Shown in pieces: positions 37,953 through 51,536 of a stretch of DNA of 64,000 nt. The notes beneath the pieces were generated by a model. That model was not told the DNA's origin. It saw only the letters and a list, made by a program, of their open reading frames with translations, and searched no databases. Made by a program: the position numbers and the translations under genes. Numbering within the stretch: position 1 is the first letter of the stretch; each line of letters opens with the position of its first letter. Origin of the DNA: Octopus vulgaris (Eukaryota); contig OX597816.1 in the NCBI GenBank assembly GCA_951406725.2, positions 123,566,001 through 123,630,000 of the forward strand, given 5' to 3'.

Positions 37953-39289
37953 ATCATTCAAATGTTGAAAGCTGCCTTACCCTAACTGTTGAAGGTCTTA
38001 TTCCTCAGAAGAGTCAACCCCAAAATGTCAAGTTTCAAATCTTGCCATGGTATGAAAACTTATACAATGTCTTAACCTACACTAAAAATGGTTGATAAAT
38101 AGCATTAGTAAAACTACTGTAAAAGTAACAGATCAAATAATTAGTGATGAGTCAAGCAAGGATAAATATGATTAAGTGAACCTAAAATGCTATTAGCAAA
38201 TATATTCTATCACCTTCAGAGGAAATATATGATAATTTGATTTCATCAGTGATTGAATATATACAGCAACTCTTCAATAACCATTATCATGTCTTCAGCA
38301 AAAATTATTGTCAACTGCATCTTCGAAATGAAGATAAATGAGGACCTCAGTATATATGAATGAAACTTCACACACACGCACGCACGCACGCATGCATGCG
38401 CATTCACAGATTATTTTATGCAAACACATACCTACATTATTTATCAAAAGAGGTGATATATTTACACCTACACATATATATATCGTTACAAATGAAAAAT
38501 TATATTCAGATAATTTCTCATTCATACAACACTCTCTTGTTTTGCAAGAGTAGACGTAAAAAATAATTCTTTGTTGGGGCATGATTTTGGCATGCTTTTT
38601 ACTGTGTGGGTGAACTATAAAGACTACTAGCTAACATGTGATGAGTTAGTTCATGCTGGATGCTGATGTGAACAGGTGGCGATGAAGTCTGCTGGAAGAT
38701 GATGTGTGACATTGACATGGGATGTGCTGGTGTGGATGGTTTTATGTAGTAGTCAGTACCATACTGTCAATCTGAGGCAGTCGAAGTGTGTGATGGTGCT
38801 GGGCAAATTCATAAGGAACAGTTGACACAGTATTTGGTGCCGAGTGTGAAGTTAGCTTTGGTAGTTAATATGAACAGTGAACTTTATGAAATGGTACTGT
38901 GAATTTGGAGATAGCAACATTCCAGTCAAAAAAAGAAAAGGTAAAAAAAAAATGATAGAAAATAAATCATTGGACTAGTGAATAAAAGAAGAGCTCACTA
39001 AACGAAGTCTATACATTTCAGAGGTAAATAAAAGAACTCTCTAAAAATTCTCTAAAGAATAAATGTTTCATAAATGTTTATTCCCTCTTAATTAAAGTTC
39101 TTTTATTTTGGTTATACTCAATGGTTTTGTTTGTTACTTTCAACTCTTCTAACTGCTTTAACTACTGCTTCTTCCATTCTAAGCCAGCTGATTTGCTGAG
39201 CTCACCAACAGTCTTCTGAGCTATCACACACTGACTTTTGGAGCCTGTTGGTGGTATCAGGAGGTTGTGTGTGGCATAACATACATTAT

Positions 39290-40337
39290 ATATACAATGT
39301 TGGGTAAATAAATTGTTGTCTAAATTATGCAAAAAGGAAAATAACACTCACATCTCATTTTAACAGATATATTTACCAAAATCTTGAAATACTAAAGAGT
39401 AAATTTATTTAACAAAATCGCCACTGGCTTCATTCATGGCCTCCAGATGATTTCGGAATCTCCTGCAACTCTTCTGGATGGTCTCCTTGTTTAAATTGGT
39501 GAATACTGCCATAATCCTTGCCTTCAGGTCATCTTTGGTAGAGCAACGAGTTTTGTTGGTCTCTCAATCAACTGCACCCCACACATAATAATCAAGGGGT
39601 TTGCAGTCTGAGGAGTTAGGTGGCCAGATGTTACAGGTGATGTGGTCACAGAAATTGTCTGACAGCCATGACTGGGTCCCCCTGTTTGTGTGGCATGGTG
39701 CAAAGTCCTGTTGCCAGACATAGGGTCTTCCAAAAGCCACTCTCTTGACCCAGGGCAGTATTACCTCTTCCAGGCACTTGATGTAGGCCACTGTGTTGAG
39801 TCTGAGGCCATGTGGGAAGATGAATGGAAGCATATCGTCGCCATCACTAGTGATCACTCCAAACACCATAATGTTGACTGGATATCACACTTGGCGCATG
39901 TTTTGGGGACATGGCAAGTGAACAGTTGTTCTGTATGTTCACCATCTGATCCTGACAAAAAGGGATCGTTGAACCTCACCAACAAATTCAGGTGTTCTTT
40001 TCTTATCAGAATGATCAAAGTTAGTTTTCTGAACTGCCATACCTTTGTAATCACCTTTAGGCTCATCCAACTTTTTCCATATCTTCTGCACAGTCCTCAG
40101 ATTGACACAAAGACCCTCTGAAATGTTTGTATTGGAGCTTCCAGTGTGAATGCCAATCAGTAAAGCATGTTGTTTCCAAATTTCTGGCAGAGTGAATTAC
40201 AACATAGTGCTGTTTTTCTCACAGACGGTGCCCAACTGATCCTACTATGCTGTGTAGCCCACAAAATCAAAAACAAACTGTGCATGCGCGAAATTAAACA
40301 TATGAAATGGTGACAATTTACCCATTTCACCCTGTAT
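39290..40337 (-). mobile_element. Tc1/mariner DD37D (maT-like) transposon, decayed
   Basis: MVFGVITSDG...WQQDFAPCHT...WPPNSSDCKPLDYYVWG; 37 residues between the 2nd and 3rd catalytic D; imperfect TA-flanked TIRs (tacagggtg...aaattgtc). Confidence 0.85.
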
Positions 40338-40499
40338 ATTATATTACACACACACACACACACTCATATGCACACATACATACACACACACAAATTTATA
40401 TATATATATAGACACACACACAATATACACACACGGATACACATATATATACATGTGTGTGTGTGTGTATAAAGGATTATAACTGATTGGTTGGGGTAT

Positions 40500-40765
40500 T
40501 CAGCTCATGATTATAGTCGTGAGTCACCTGGCAAGACACTTCATTGGACGTTGCTTCAGTCCACTCAGCTGGTAAAAATGAATAAGTACCTGTATTTCAA
40601 AGGGTCGACCTTGCTATAGTCTGTGTCATACTGTATCTCTCTGAGAATTATATAAAGGGTAGAAGCATCTGTAGAGTGCTCAGTCACTTGCACATTAATT
40701 TCACAAGCAGGTTGTTCCATTTGTTGGATCAACTGGCAGCTTCATTGTTGTAACTGATGGAGTTT
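40500..40765 (+). mobile_element. SINE related to family C
   Basis: ggcaagacacttcatt..acgttgcttcagtccactcagctgg shared core. Confidence 0.55.
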
Positions 40766-41343
40766 ATATGACAGGTGATAGTGTTAAACTAGGTGATAGA
40801 TTAAGTCAATCACACATGTCCAAGCAGGTTATTGAATGACTTTAACTGAGAGCACCTAGATTTGGAACAAAATACCATGAAATATTCTATCCAATACTTT
40901 AATGGCTTTGCCAATTCGCCATCAGGGTGAATTCTTTACTAACATAGCATAAAATTAATAACTTTACACACGACTGAGATATAGCAACACAAGTTTCCAG
41001 TTTCAAATATCTTTTTCCATCTCCATCCTCACCAACCAAAAGCTCTACGCTAACTACTGTTATCCACACTGGCATTTTGGAGTTGACTCTTCTGAGGAAT
41101 AAGAACTTTAACAGTTAGTGTAAGACAGCTTTCAACATTTGAATGATATATCAATTATATGCAAATGGAGACAATCATAGAATGATGATAATTACAAATA
41201 TGCTCTGTGTCTATGAACAGAAGATTTCAAAGCATGTTTCAATGGAATAATGATGATCTTAACACATCAACTACAGAAAGACTTAATCAATACACAGATC
41301 AAGGAAACAGATAACCCATCCTACTCAAATGTCTTGTGAATAA

Positions 41344-41890
41344 TATTATGTTGTCCAGAAAGTTGTGAGCATTTTAAAGTTAAATATTTTAACACTTCAT
41401 TGAACATACCTGAAAAGTAACACAGTTAAAACTTTAGCATTGCTTGAAGTGGTTGTGCATCTCTTCTTTGTCCCTGAATAAAAATAGATTTATCTTTTAT
41501 TCCAGTTACCTTTTATTGACGTTTGAAATAGATAATCAAAAATTTCATATTTGTGTTGTATTGCTTTTCTTTTTGAAAAAAGGAGAAAATGTTGCAAAAA
41601 TTTTCAAAAGCATTTGTGAAGTTTATTGTGATGCTGCTGCAGGTGAATCAGCTGTTCAAAAGTGATTTTCAGAATTTAAAGCTGGAAAGTTTAGCTTGGA
41701 AAATGACAGTTGCAGTGGAAGACCTTCAAATTTGGATGAAGATATTTTGAAGGCAAAAATTGAGGAAAATTCAAATATCATGACTAGAGAACTTGCAGAA
41801 GAATTGGAAGTTTCTAAAAGTACAGTTCATGAAGTATATCTCATTTTGCATATTAAAAAAACACTCAGAATATTATGGACAACCTAATAA
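41344..41890 (+). mobile_element. Internally deleted mariner element (N-terminal HTH only)
   Basis: TIRs tattatgttgtccagaaagtt / aatattatggacaacctaata; FFLKKGENVAKIFKSICEVY...SGRPSNLDEDILKAKIEEN...TRELAEELEVSKSTVH. Confidence 0.85.
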
Positions 41891-42269
41891 TACACGATTA
41901 TAATCTAAAAAGAAAAAAAAATGCAAGGTTTAACAGGTACTAATACTGTTGAGATTCCAGGCATCACTTATTGAGTTATTCTAGACTTGACATTACCAAC
42001 TTTAATAAGAGTACCAGATGTATTACTTAAAACATCCACTGTTTAAAAGACATTTGTAAGAAAGAGGTTCTAGTATAGCTGTGTAGCTAAGAAGCATACT
42101 TCCGGTCATGTGGTTTTGGTTTCAGCCTCACTGTGTAACCATCTGGGCAAGAGTCTTCTATTATAGCCTGGACCAACAAAAGCCTTTTAAGTGGATTTAG
42201 CAGATAGGAACTGAAGGAAGCTCATTATAAGCGTGTATGCATCTATGTATGTATGTATGATGGGTGTGA

Positions 42270-42700
42270 AGGGTGCCACTGCCTGAGGTGGCTGTTTGGG
42301 ACAAAGGCAGTATAGAAGAGCAAAGGGCATTTATCACAAGGGCGGATTGGCAGGGGACAAGGAAATGCAAGTTACTCTTTGCATCTTTGACATCTGATCT
42401 TTGCTTCTTGATGTATGTTATTTTCCATCTGGTCTGTTCTCTTGACAATGATATACAGTCACCTTGGGTAGCCCTTAGCAATTATCTTCCAGACATTTGG
42501 ATTAATGGGGCAGTAGAAGAGAATGGCTTGGAGCTGGTGGAGCCCCAACAGAATCTGGGGCTGCATGTAGTCTGGTGCTTGAGGCCAATTCCACAAAGAG
42601 GAGTTAACAGGTGAGACCTGTTTGAAGCATATGCATGATGCGTCCTGGCCAGTAGAGGCAGTGTTGTGCAAACATATCCCAGACTTATTTCTGCATTTTG
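42270..42700. repeat. Unclassified interspersed repeat (probable LINE remnant); second copy at ~46650-46990
   Basis: gccactgcctgaggtggctgttt... is colinear with gccagtgcctgaggtggctgttc... at 46654. Confidence 0.55.
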
Positions 42701-42794
42701 GAAATTGTGACTAATAAGACCAGTATCAAGAAGAGCAGTTGATCATGAAATACTTTTGGCTCCAAATTGCAAACATAATAGATATACTGTAGGT

Positions 42795-43145
42795 AATCAT
42801 CATCATCATCATCATCGTTTAACATCCGCTTTCCATGCTAGCATGGGTTGGACGATTTTGACTGACGGCTGGTGAACCAGATGGCTGCACCAGGCTCCAA
42901 TCTTGATCTGGCAGAGTTTCTACAACTGGATGCCCTTCCTAATGCCAACCACTCCGAGAGTGTAGTGGGTGCTTTTACGTGCTACTGGCATGGGGGCCAG
43001 TCAGGCGGTACTGGCAATGACCTCGTTCAAATGTCACTGAAGGTGCCAGTAAGGTGACGCTGGTAACGATCATGCTCGAATGGTGCCCTTTTACATGCCA
43101 CCGACATGGAAGCCAGTTAGCCACTCTGGCAACGATCACACTCGT
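42795..43145 (-). mobile_element. RTE-tail non-autonomous retroelement
   Basis: Near-identical to the copy at 37425. Confidence 0.8.
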
Positions 43146-44112
43146 AATATATCTGTTAACTTGCATGAGAAAAGTACTTTGTTCTTCGTATTCTTCTTAC
43201 TGATACTTTCATGATAAAATAAATGATAACCATCATACTACATTTAATAAAATTACTATAAATGATGTTAAACAAATACAAGGATTATTACTGTCTATCC
43301 ACTGCCATGTTGATAGAGGTAGCAACTGACTGTCCATTTTACATTTTGTGAAAGAAAGAAGCTATTTTCAAATTTAGCTACTTCATAATAATAATAATTA
43401 ACATTTAATTTCAGAACTAGATCTAATCTATTTATTTTGTAGTAATGGAGATAATAAATAATATAAAATTCCTGTCACATATATGTATTTCAATCTTAGC
43501 TGGATCTCTTCAGTGTGGTGCAGAATTTCAGATTATTTGTGCAAATCAAGATAGAGATATTTTTTCAATCAGTAAAAAAAAAGTAGTGCACAACAAAAAG
43601 AGAGAAAAAAAAAGAAGAGGATGAAGGAAAGAGAGAAGGAGGATAGATACAGATTTTCCCATGCTACAAAAAGATAGAAAGATATTAAACATACAAGCAG
43701 TTTTTAATTTTGGTTTTTTCTTCTCAGAACAGATTTGAAAAGAAAAATAAATTTGATATGGGAAAAGGAAAACGATTCTGTGAGAACTTTTATTACCTTT
43801 CCCCCTCACTATCTTTCACATTTGAAGAACCATATCTACTTTGATCTTTTTCACTACCTTTTCTGATTGGTAAACCTCAGTGTATTTCACAAATAATCAG
43901 AAATTTGGCACCACACTGAAGAAATTCAGTTAACATCAAAATGGTAGATATGATTTTAAAATTTTATGATTTTTTATTAGCTGCATTTCTATAAAATAAA
44001 TAGATTAAACATCATTTTACAATTCGATTTTAACTATTACTGGTATGAATATTAAATAGTTTCTCCCCTTCATAAAAAAATTAAATTAGTGATCTAATCA
44101 AAATGGCATTTG

Positions 44113-44272
44113 TATCATCATCATCACCACCACCACCACCACCACCGCCACCATCCTCATCATCATCATCATCATCAATGTCATCATCACCATCTTCATT
44201 ATCATTGTCATCATCATCATCATCATCATCATCATCACTGTCATTAATATTGTCATCATTATCACTCTCATT
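44113..44272. repeat. (CAT)n/(CAC)n compound repeat
   Basis: Seen directly. Confidence 0.95.
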
Positions 44273-44467
44273 GTTCAATGTTCACTTTTACTATGTTAGC
44301 TTGTATTAAATGAGACCTTTTGAGACAGTTTTTTTTTTTTTTGTCCCCAAATGCTCTTCCAGTGGCCAATCCTTATTTTCAAGTAACACATCTTCTGGTA
44401 TTTTGAATGATAATCTACTCATTGGCTGAACATGTTTTTGTATCAGACATAAACACTCATACATACA

Positions 44468-44527
<60 letters not shown>

Positions 44528-44574
44528 TACATAGATATATATATACATACATATATATGTATATATATATATAT

Positions 44575-45165
44575 AATTCAATATAAAATAGTGTACATTT
44601 AAACAAAAAGAGAAATTACCTATAACAGGCAATTTCTACACGCTAGTAGACAGTCAAAATGACCAAAAGCCACAAAAATTTCAGCAATTTCAAAGGGAAT
44701 GAAAAAAATAAAAACTTTTACCTTGCTTTTATGGTTATACCTATAGGTTTCAGATTTTTTTAGTAAATAAAAATAATTTTCTAGGCAAATCCTCATCAGT
44801 AACCAAGCCATCCAAGATTAACCTATAATTATGAGACAAATAGCACGTGTCTCATCTTTATATGTTATAATTTTTTCACAATCCACCACACAAGCGCAGT
44901 TTCAGTTGGCAGAAAATAAAAAATGCCGAAACAAACTTTGGAAAGCTAATATCAATACTCAGATATCTATGTAGGGTAGTAAATTTATACAAATTTCACT
45001 ACCAGCGGCCTAGCATGCATAAAAAGTCAATAGACGACATATTCAATATAAAATAGAGTACATTTAAACGCAAAGAGAAATTACCTTTAACAGGCAATTT
45101 CTACATGCTAGTAGACAGTCAAAACGACCGAAAACCACAAAAATTTCAGCAATATCAAAGAGATA
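44575..45165 (-). mobile_element. Retrozyme/PLE-like non-coding element: 465-bp unit with ~120-bp direct terminal repeat and hammerhead
   Basis: attcaatataaaatag...cagcaat..caaag at 44576 and 45041; HHR at 44732-44805; abuts (TA)n. Confidence 0.75.
44732..44805 (-). ncRNA. Apparently intact type I hammerhead ribozyme
   Basis: Minus strand tggtta-CTGATGA-ggattt...aaatct-GAAAC-ctatag-GTA-taacca; 6-bp stem I, paired stem II base, palindromic ACCTATAGGT stem III. Confidence 0.85.
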
Positions 45166-45397
45166 AAAACAAGGGAAGAGAGAGGGAGAGAGAGAGAGAG
45201 ATGATGAACTTCTGTATAGTTTCTGTCTACCAATTTCATACATCTAAAGATACTAGCTCTTGTGAGAATGAATTGGGAATAACATTGTATGATGTGAAAT
45301 TCTTAATTAACAAACACACACATGTTCTTTTTCTCCCTTACATACACACATGGGTGCATGCACGCAAACTTTTATTCTACTTATTTACTGGTTTCAG

Positions 45398-45446
<49 letters not shown>

Positions 45447-45478
45447 CATACATACATACATGCACAATGCACAGATAT

Positions 45479-45518
<40 letters not shown>

Positions 45519-45536
45519 ACATGCATCTACATACAC

Positions 45537-45730
45537 ACAAGGGGATGCTGAAAAGTTCCTGGCTTTGAGTAAAAGAAAATACAGTTAATCATGATTTTAT
45601 TGAACATACTCCCCTCTAGGATTCGCACACTCGTTTCAGCCCTTCAGTTTTTCTAAGTCCTGTAAAAGTACTCAGAAGGTTGGGTCTCCAATAAGGCTTT
45701 TCGTGATACCCTTAAAGCCAGGAACTTTAT
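45537..45730. mobile_element. mariner-derived MITE
   Basis: TIR core aaagttcctggcttt / aaagccaggaacttt. Confidence 0.7.
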
Positions 45731-46239
45731 GTGTATGAATGTATATACATGTGTGCCTGTATATACATATTACAATTCAAAGATACCGTTATATATGCCA
45801 TAGCCATAGAGAGATGTAAAACATCAATACTATTTATGTTCAGTAGCTTACCAGTGGAAACCCTCGTCTATATGATATGGAGCAGTTGCCATTATATATC
45901 AAAATGCAGTAATCCAGCATGATCTCCTGACAGAAGAGGAGCGTCATGTGATAAATTGGTTTTGATTTCTAAGTAATCAAAAATAGTAGAATTAATCTAG
46001 GTTTGTTTTATCATAGAATGGGTAGTTCAAAATCATAAGAGATACTATCTTAAGATTCGATTTTCTTTCTTTTTTTTTACACTGACATGAAAGATGTGTG
46101 TGTGTGAAAACGTGGTTGTGTAAAAGCAGGTAGAAAATATTCTTATGAAAGAACAGAATACAAAATTTCTCATTTAAAACACTCTGTCATAATGCTATCA
46201 AGAAAAATATTTTTGGAAGTTATTTGCTGATAATTTCTT

Positions 46240-46440
46240 ATACAGGTACTAGATTAGAAATTTTGGATATGAATTTAATTGATTTTTCTGGCCCCAGTAT
46301 TTGAGTGATACTTTATATGTTAACCCTGAAAGATGAAAAGTAAAGTTGACTTCATCAGGATTTGAACACACAGTGTAAAGAGTGAGAACAAACACTGCAA
46401 AGTATTTTCTAAGAAGGCTTTAATGGATCTGCCAATCTAT
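46240..46440 (-). mobile_element. SINE family B, diverged
   Basis: accctgaaagatgaaaagtaaagttgacttcatcaggatttgaac. Confidence 0.6.
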
Positions 46441-47637
46441 GACCCTGGCTAGATATAGATAATAAAAAAAGGTGGTTATTTTTGCCATTCATTTCAAATT
46501 CCACAATATTTTCAAAATTCCTTGAAACACATAAACAGTCACCATTGGTGGCAGCAGCAGTTACATTGGTGGTGGTAATGGAATTAACTGGTATCTGTGT
46601 GGTTAATCTGTATCGAGTGATTGAGCCTCTTCAACCTGATAGGTGTGAAGATTGCCAGTGCCTGAGGTGGCTGTTCAGGCCAAGGGTGATATAGAAAACC
46701 CGAGGTAATTTATTGCAGTGGAGGTTTGGTAAAGGATGATGAAGTGTGAGTCGCTCTTTGTGTATTCGATGTCTGATCCCTGTCTCTTAATATCTGTTAC
46801 TTTCCATTTGGTCCGTTAGCTTGGCAATGACATGCTGTCACTTTGGGCAGTCCTTGGTAGTTGTCTCCCAGTTGAGTCAATGAGGCAGTGGAGGAGTGTG
46901 GCCTTGAGCTGATCTCAGGAGATGAATTTGCAGGACTCCACAGGTTCTGGTGCCTGAGTCCAACTCTGCAAAGAAGAATTGATGGGAAAGGGACTAAACA
47001 ATATGTTTATTAGAAATATGGTCACAAAACAGTTAAGGTATGTAGCTTCTATATCTACTCTCTGAGGTATTAAAATGAAACAATGACCAGTGACTGCTTA
47101 ACTAACCTTATTGAATTTATTGTCTCAACTGATTGAAATAATTGCTAATTGTCTTAGCAGCTTGGCAAAATATCCAATACTCACTGTCATTATTGATTAG
47201 ACATAGTCATCAAATTTGTAACTTATAAATCATTTTCTTTGGAGATTATTTTCACAAGGTTGTGAGAAGTCTTGAAAGAAATAAAACCAGCATACTCTGC
47301 AAGATGTGTGCTGTTTTGTGTGCATAAACAACATAGTACAAATGTGCTGAGAGAAAAATTGAATACAGTTAGAGTCAGATATATATAGTGTGCAAGAAAG
47401 ATACCTATAATGATATGGAAGTGTGATATATAGGGATGTGGCCAACTGTTTAAAGAATTCCCAATCACTTAATGTGGATGACACTTGCAGAAGAAGATTA
47501 TCCAGGAATATATGGGATGAAGCTGTAAAGAGCCTTGAATCTGAGGGCCTTGAACTTCACAGGGCCTCAAACATTACAGAGCAGATTATAAATGACCAAG
47601 ACAACTGGTGATATATGCTGATGCTGCTGATTAGATA

Positions 47638-47709
<72 letters not shown>

Positions 47710-47712
<3 letters not shown>

Positions 47713-48097
47713 TACTTTCAGTTATTAGACTGCAGCCAAGCTGGGGCACATTCTTGAATTTTAGTCAAATGAATCAACTCCAGTACTTATGTTTTTAAAG
47801 CCTGGTATTTATTGTATAGGATCCTTTTGCCAAACCGCTAAGTTACATGAACTTAAATACACCAACACTGATTGTCAAGTGGGGGTAGAACCAAACAAGG
47901 ACACAAAAACATAAGTACACAGACACACATATGCACATACGCATACAACTGGCTTCCTTCAATTTCCTTCAACCAAATCCACTTACAAGGCTTTGGTTGG
48001 CTGACGCTATAGTAGAAAACACTTACTCAAGGTATCACACAGTGGGACTGAACCTGGAACCATGTGTTTGGGAAGCAAACTTCTTACCACACAACCA
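47710..48097 (-). mobile_element. SINE family A
   Basis: Reverse complement of the family consensus (cacagtgggactgaacctggaaccatgtg). Confidence 0.8.
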
Positions 48098-48166
48098 TAT
48101 GTGTGTGTGTACTATATATATTATATACATTGTATGTAATACAATAATATATACTATATTATATAC

Positions 48167-48485
48167 TGTTGTGTCTGGGGAGAGTCATTTTCTCTTTGTG
48201 CCTTATAATTTAACACACTCACCGGTAAAATTTCCTCTTAATTCTTATTTATATTTTCCTAAAATTTTCGTTGCGTCTTGCAAACTTTTCAATAGACTCT
48301 CAAGACTATTGAAAAGGTTGCAAGACGCAATGAAAATTTTAGGAAAATAAAAATAAGAAATAAGTGGAAATTTTACTGGTAAGTGTGTTAAATTATAATT
48401 ACAAAAAGAAAATGATTCTCCCCATATACAACAGAATATGCTTCAGCACATGAACTCACATTAAGAATCTTGCAAACCAAATCCA
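48167..48485. mobile_element. Palindromic (head-to-head) element, ~130-bp arms, with a hammerhead-like motif in each arm
   Basis: 48167-48295 is the reverse complement of 48306-48434; the right arm and tail recur at 52187-52366; partial third copy at 48511-48560. Confidence 0.8.
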
Positions 48486-48570
48486 TAAACGAACTATAGT
48501 ATATATATATATTGTTGTGTCTGGAGAGAGTCATTCTGTTTTAGTGCCTTTTTAATTAAATACATATATA

Positions 48571-49638
48571 TCTATAATATAAATTGGACATGGACGATCG
48601 TTGTATTCTTTCTTGTCTTGAGGTTCACAGCCAAACGGCTGAGTGGATTTGTGTGAAAAATGGCATACATGTGGAGATGGGTACATAGATTAGAATGCAG
48701 TTTGTATTTTTTTCCTAGCTCCCATAGTTACCAAGAAAATTGATTAAAGTTTTTTCTAATGGAATTCTCCTGTTTGTCCTGCCATTAAAACAATCAGTTG
48801 CTCAAACAGCCAGTATATATCATTTCACTAGCAAAAAGGGGAGTACAGGATGACAATCAGCCAAAACTTTCGCTATGCTGTCTCTCTTCTTTCGCCTCTT
48901 TGTGTGGTTAATAATCTTAATTTTTAGTTACAGTTTCTCATTCAAACTACATAATAGGCAGAATTGTCAGATTAAGACAGTAGGGTGTTTTGAGGGAGAT
49001 TTGGTTGCTATTTCTACCAGGTCTAGCTACCATGTAGAGGTCTGACCTTAATTTTCATTCCCATATTTGCATTTCAAAAATTTCACAATATTTTCTATAA
49101 ATCAACTATCGTTCGATGTCCTCACATTTTCTGTGTATGTGTGTGTACCTTAAAAGACGTCAATCATCATGACACACACCTTCATTCACTCACTCCATCT
49201 CTCTTTCTCACCCTCTTTCTCTCTCACATACACACGCGCAATCCTGTACACGCATACATACATTCATTTCATATATCTTCTTTCAATTTCTGCTCTCTGC
49301 AAATAAAATTTTTTATGGATACAACTGCTTACAAAAATAGGGATTAATGTATAATTTCTTTCTATGGTCATAAAATTAAATCAATGTTTTAGTGATTAGA
49401 CAGACATCTAATAGAATAGCTCTCAGACACAGACTCCGTACAAATTCATTCTTCACAACTCCTGAAACTGTTTTCTTGGGGTGGGGGGTCAGGAAATTTT
49501 CATACAGCTGGAACTCTAATCGAAACAGGGGACCCGAAATGATTTGGTTGAGAAATGCTGTTATAGATTATGCCTAACTGAAAACAATCACAGCCACATC
49601 ATCCAAACAGACCGGGTAAAACCGGGCTTAGCTGCTAG
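48571..49638 (+). mobile_element. Non-autonomous Helitron
   Basis: 5' A|TCTATAATATAAA; 3' GC-rich hairpin ccgggtaaaaccgg followed by ctgCTAG; no TIR or TSD. Confidence 0.7.
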
Positions 49639-49816
49639 CATATATAATATATATATATATATATATTTATATATGCATAAATATATATATATACTTATGT
49701 ATATATATGCATATATAGACATATATATGTATACATGCATAAATATGCATACATATATTTACATACATAAATATATATATATACATACATTTATTTAGAC
49801 ACATATATATATATCT

Positions 49817-49851
<35 letters not shown>

Positions 49852-49896
49852 ATGTAAATGAGTACTCAACACTGCATTATTGAATAAAGTATATAT

Positions 49897-50358
49897 ATCA
49901 TCATCGTTTAATGTCCTCTTTCCATGCTGGAGCTAACAAGGTGCTATTCAGACACCAACTGTCTGTTGTGGCATGGTTTCTACAGCTGGGTGCCCTTCCT
50001 AATGGCAACCACTTAGCATTGTCTACTGGGTGCTTTTTATGTATCACCAGTACAAATGTGTTTATGTAGCACCGGCATGGGTGCATCAATACAATACCAG
50101 CACAGATGCTTTTTAAGTGGCACCTGTACACAAAGGACAAGCCTGTATGTGTGGAAGATATTGATTTTACTTAACTTGACACATCTTATCAAGTACAGCA
50201 AATCACCACAATTCCCAGTCCCCTGGTATTTCCTCGGTGAGGCCCAGCATCCGAAGATCCTTTCTCATCACTTCATCCTATGTTGTCCTGGGTCTACCCT
50301 TTCCACAGGTACCCTCCACAATTAAAGCTTGGCACTTCTTTATGCAGCTGTCCTCATC
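49897..50358 (-). mobile_element. RTE-tail element plus RTE ORF 3' end
   Basis: catcatcgtttaatgtcc...; minus strand CGKGRPRTT*DEVMRKDLRMLGLTEEI is an RTE C-terminus. Confidence 0.7.
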
Positions 50359-50882
50359 CTGCTCTTTTGCTTTCTGTCTCTCTATCATCTACCACTTTTT
50401 CTCTTCCCTCCAACTACCATGTGACCTGTGACCATTCCCATTTCTCTCTTTCATTTCCTTTATCACATAACTGTTCATTCATTTAGTCATATTTCTCTTG
50501 CTTCCTTCTCTACTTTCAACATGATTTATTTGTTTTTCAATGTTCATTCTATTTTTCCATTTGTTCACATTTTCAGTTCCAGTCTTAATAGACATTTTCC
50601 TTCCCTTTGCATTACTCATATATTTGTCTTGTCTTAGAGATGCTCAGTTTTATTTTGTTTGTATATCGCATGTTTATTTTATTTTATTTGTATATTCACA
50701 TATGTGTTGCTTTTGTTTTCATCATTGTCCTCAACATTCTCTCACTATTCCCAGCAGCTTCTCGCTTTTGATGTCTAAAAGTGAACAATATTATCATTAA
50801 AAGCCTGAAATAGTAAGGATCTTTTGAATGTTTGAATTTTCCCTATGTTCCTATGTTATGTTCCGGTTTAAATTTTGGAAAT

Positions 50883-50951
<69 letters not shown>

Positions 50952-51114
50952 TTTCAGTTTTATATGAATGTAAAAGACTTTGTGGTGTGAGAGAAAATAT
51001 AGCACAGCAGTTCATTGTTTTAAGACATTTAATACATTTCTGTTTTATTATTCATATGCATCCATTTATTCAGCAGAATTTTGATGATATTAAAATGTGT
51101 GCATGCATATATGC

Positions 51115-51145
<31 letters not shown>

Positions 51146-51171
51146 TGTATGTATGTATGTATGTATGTATG

Positions 51172-51205
<34 letters not shown>

Positions 51206-51295
51206 TACATATGCATGCATGCATATTAATATATCTGAATGTAAGTCTTTTGTACCCTGATGACAGAGGCTCATCTTATCCAAATATATATATAT

Positions 51296-51536
51296 AAATA
51301 CAAAATGGGACAAGAACACAAAACATCCAGATAAATGATACAAAAAACACGGACGGGTCATTCGAAGCCTTTAATCTTCAGTCAAGAACCAGATCATCCT
51401 CGCAATTTCGGCTGATTAATCTTGAGATTGCTCCAATCTGGCCAGCCCCAAGAAAAAAAAGGCTTTGAATGACCCGTCCGTGTTTTCTGTATCGTCTATC
51501 TGGATGTTTTGCGTTCTTGTCCCATTTTGTATTTTT
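51296..51536. mobile_element. Fold-back element, ~77-bp arms, in (TA)n
   Basis: aaatacaaaatgggacaagaac...cattcgaagcc pairs with ggctttgaatg...gttcttgtcccattttgtattt. Confidence 0.8.
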
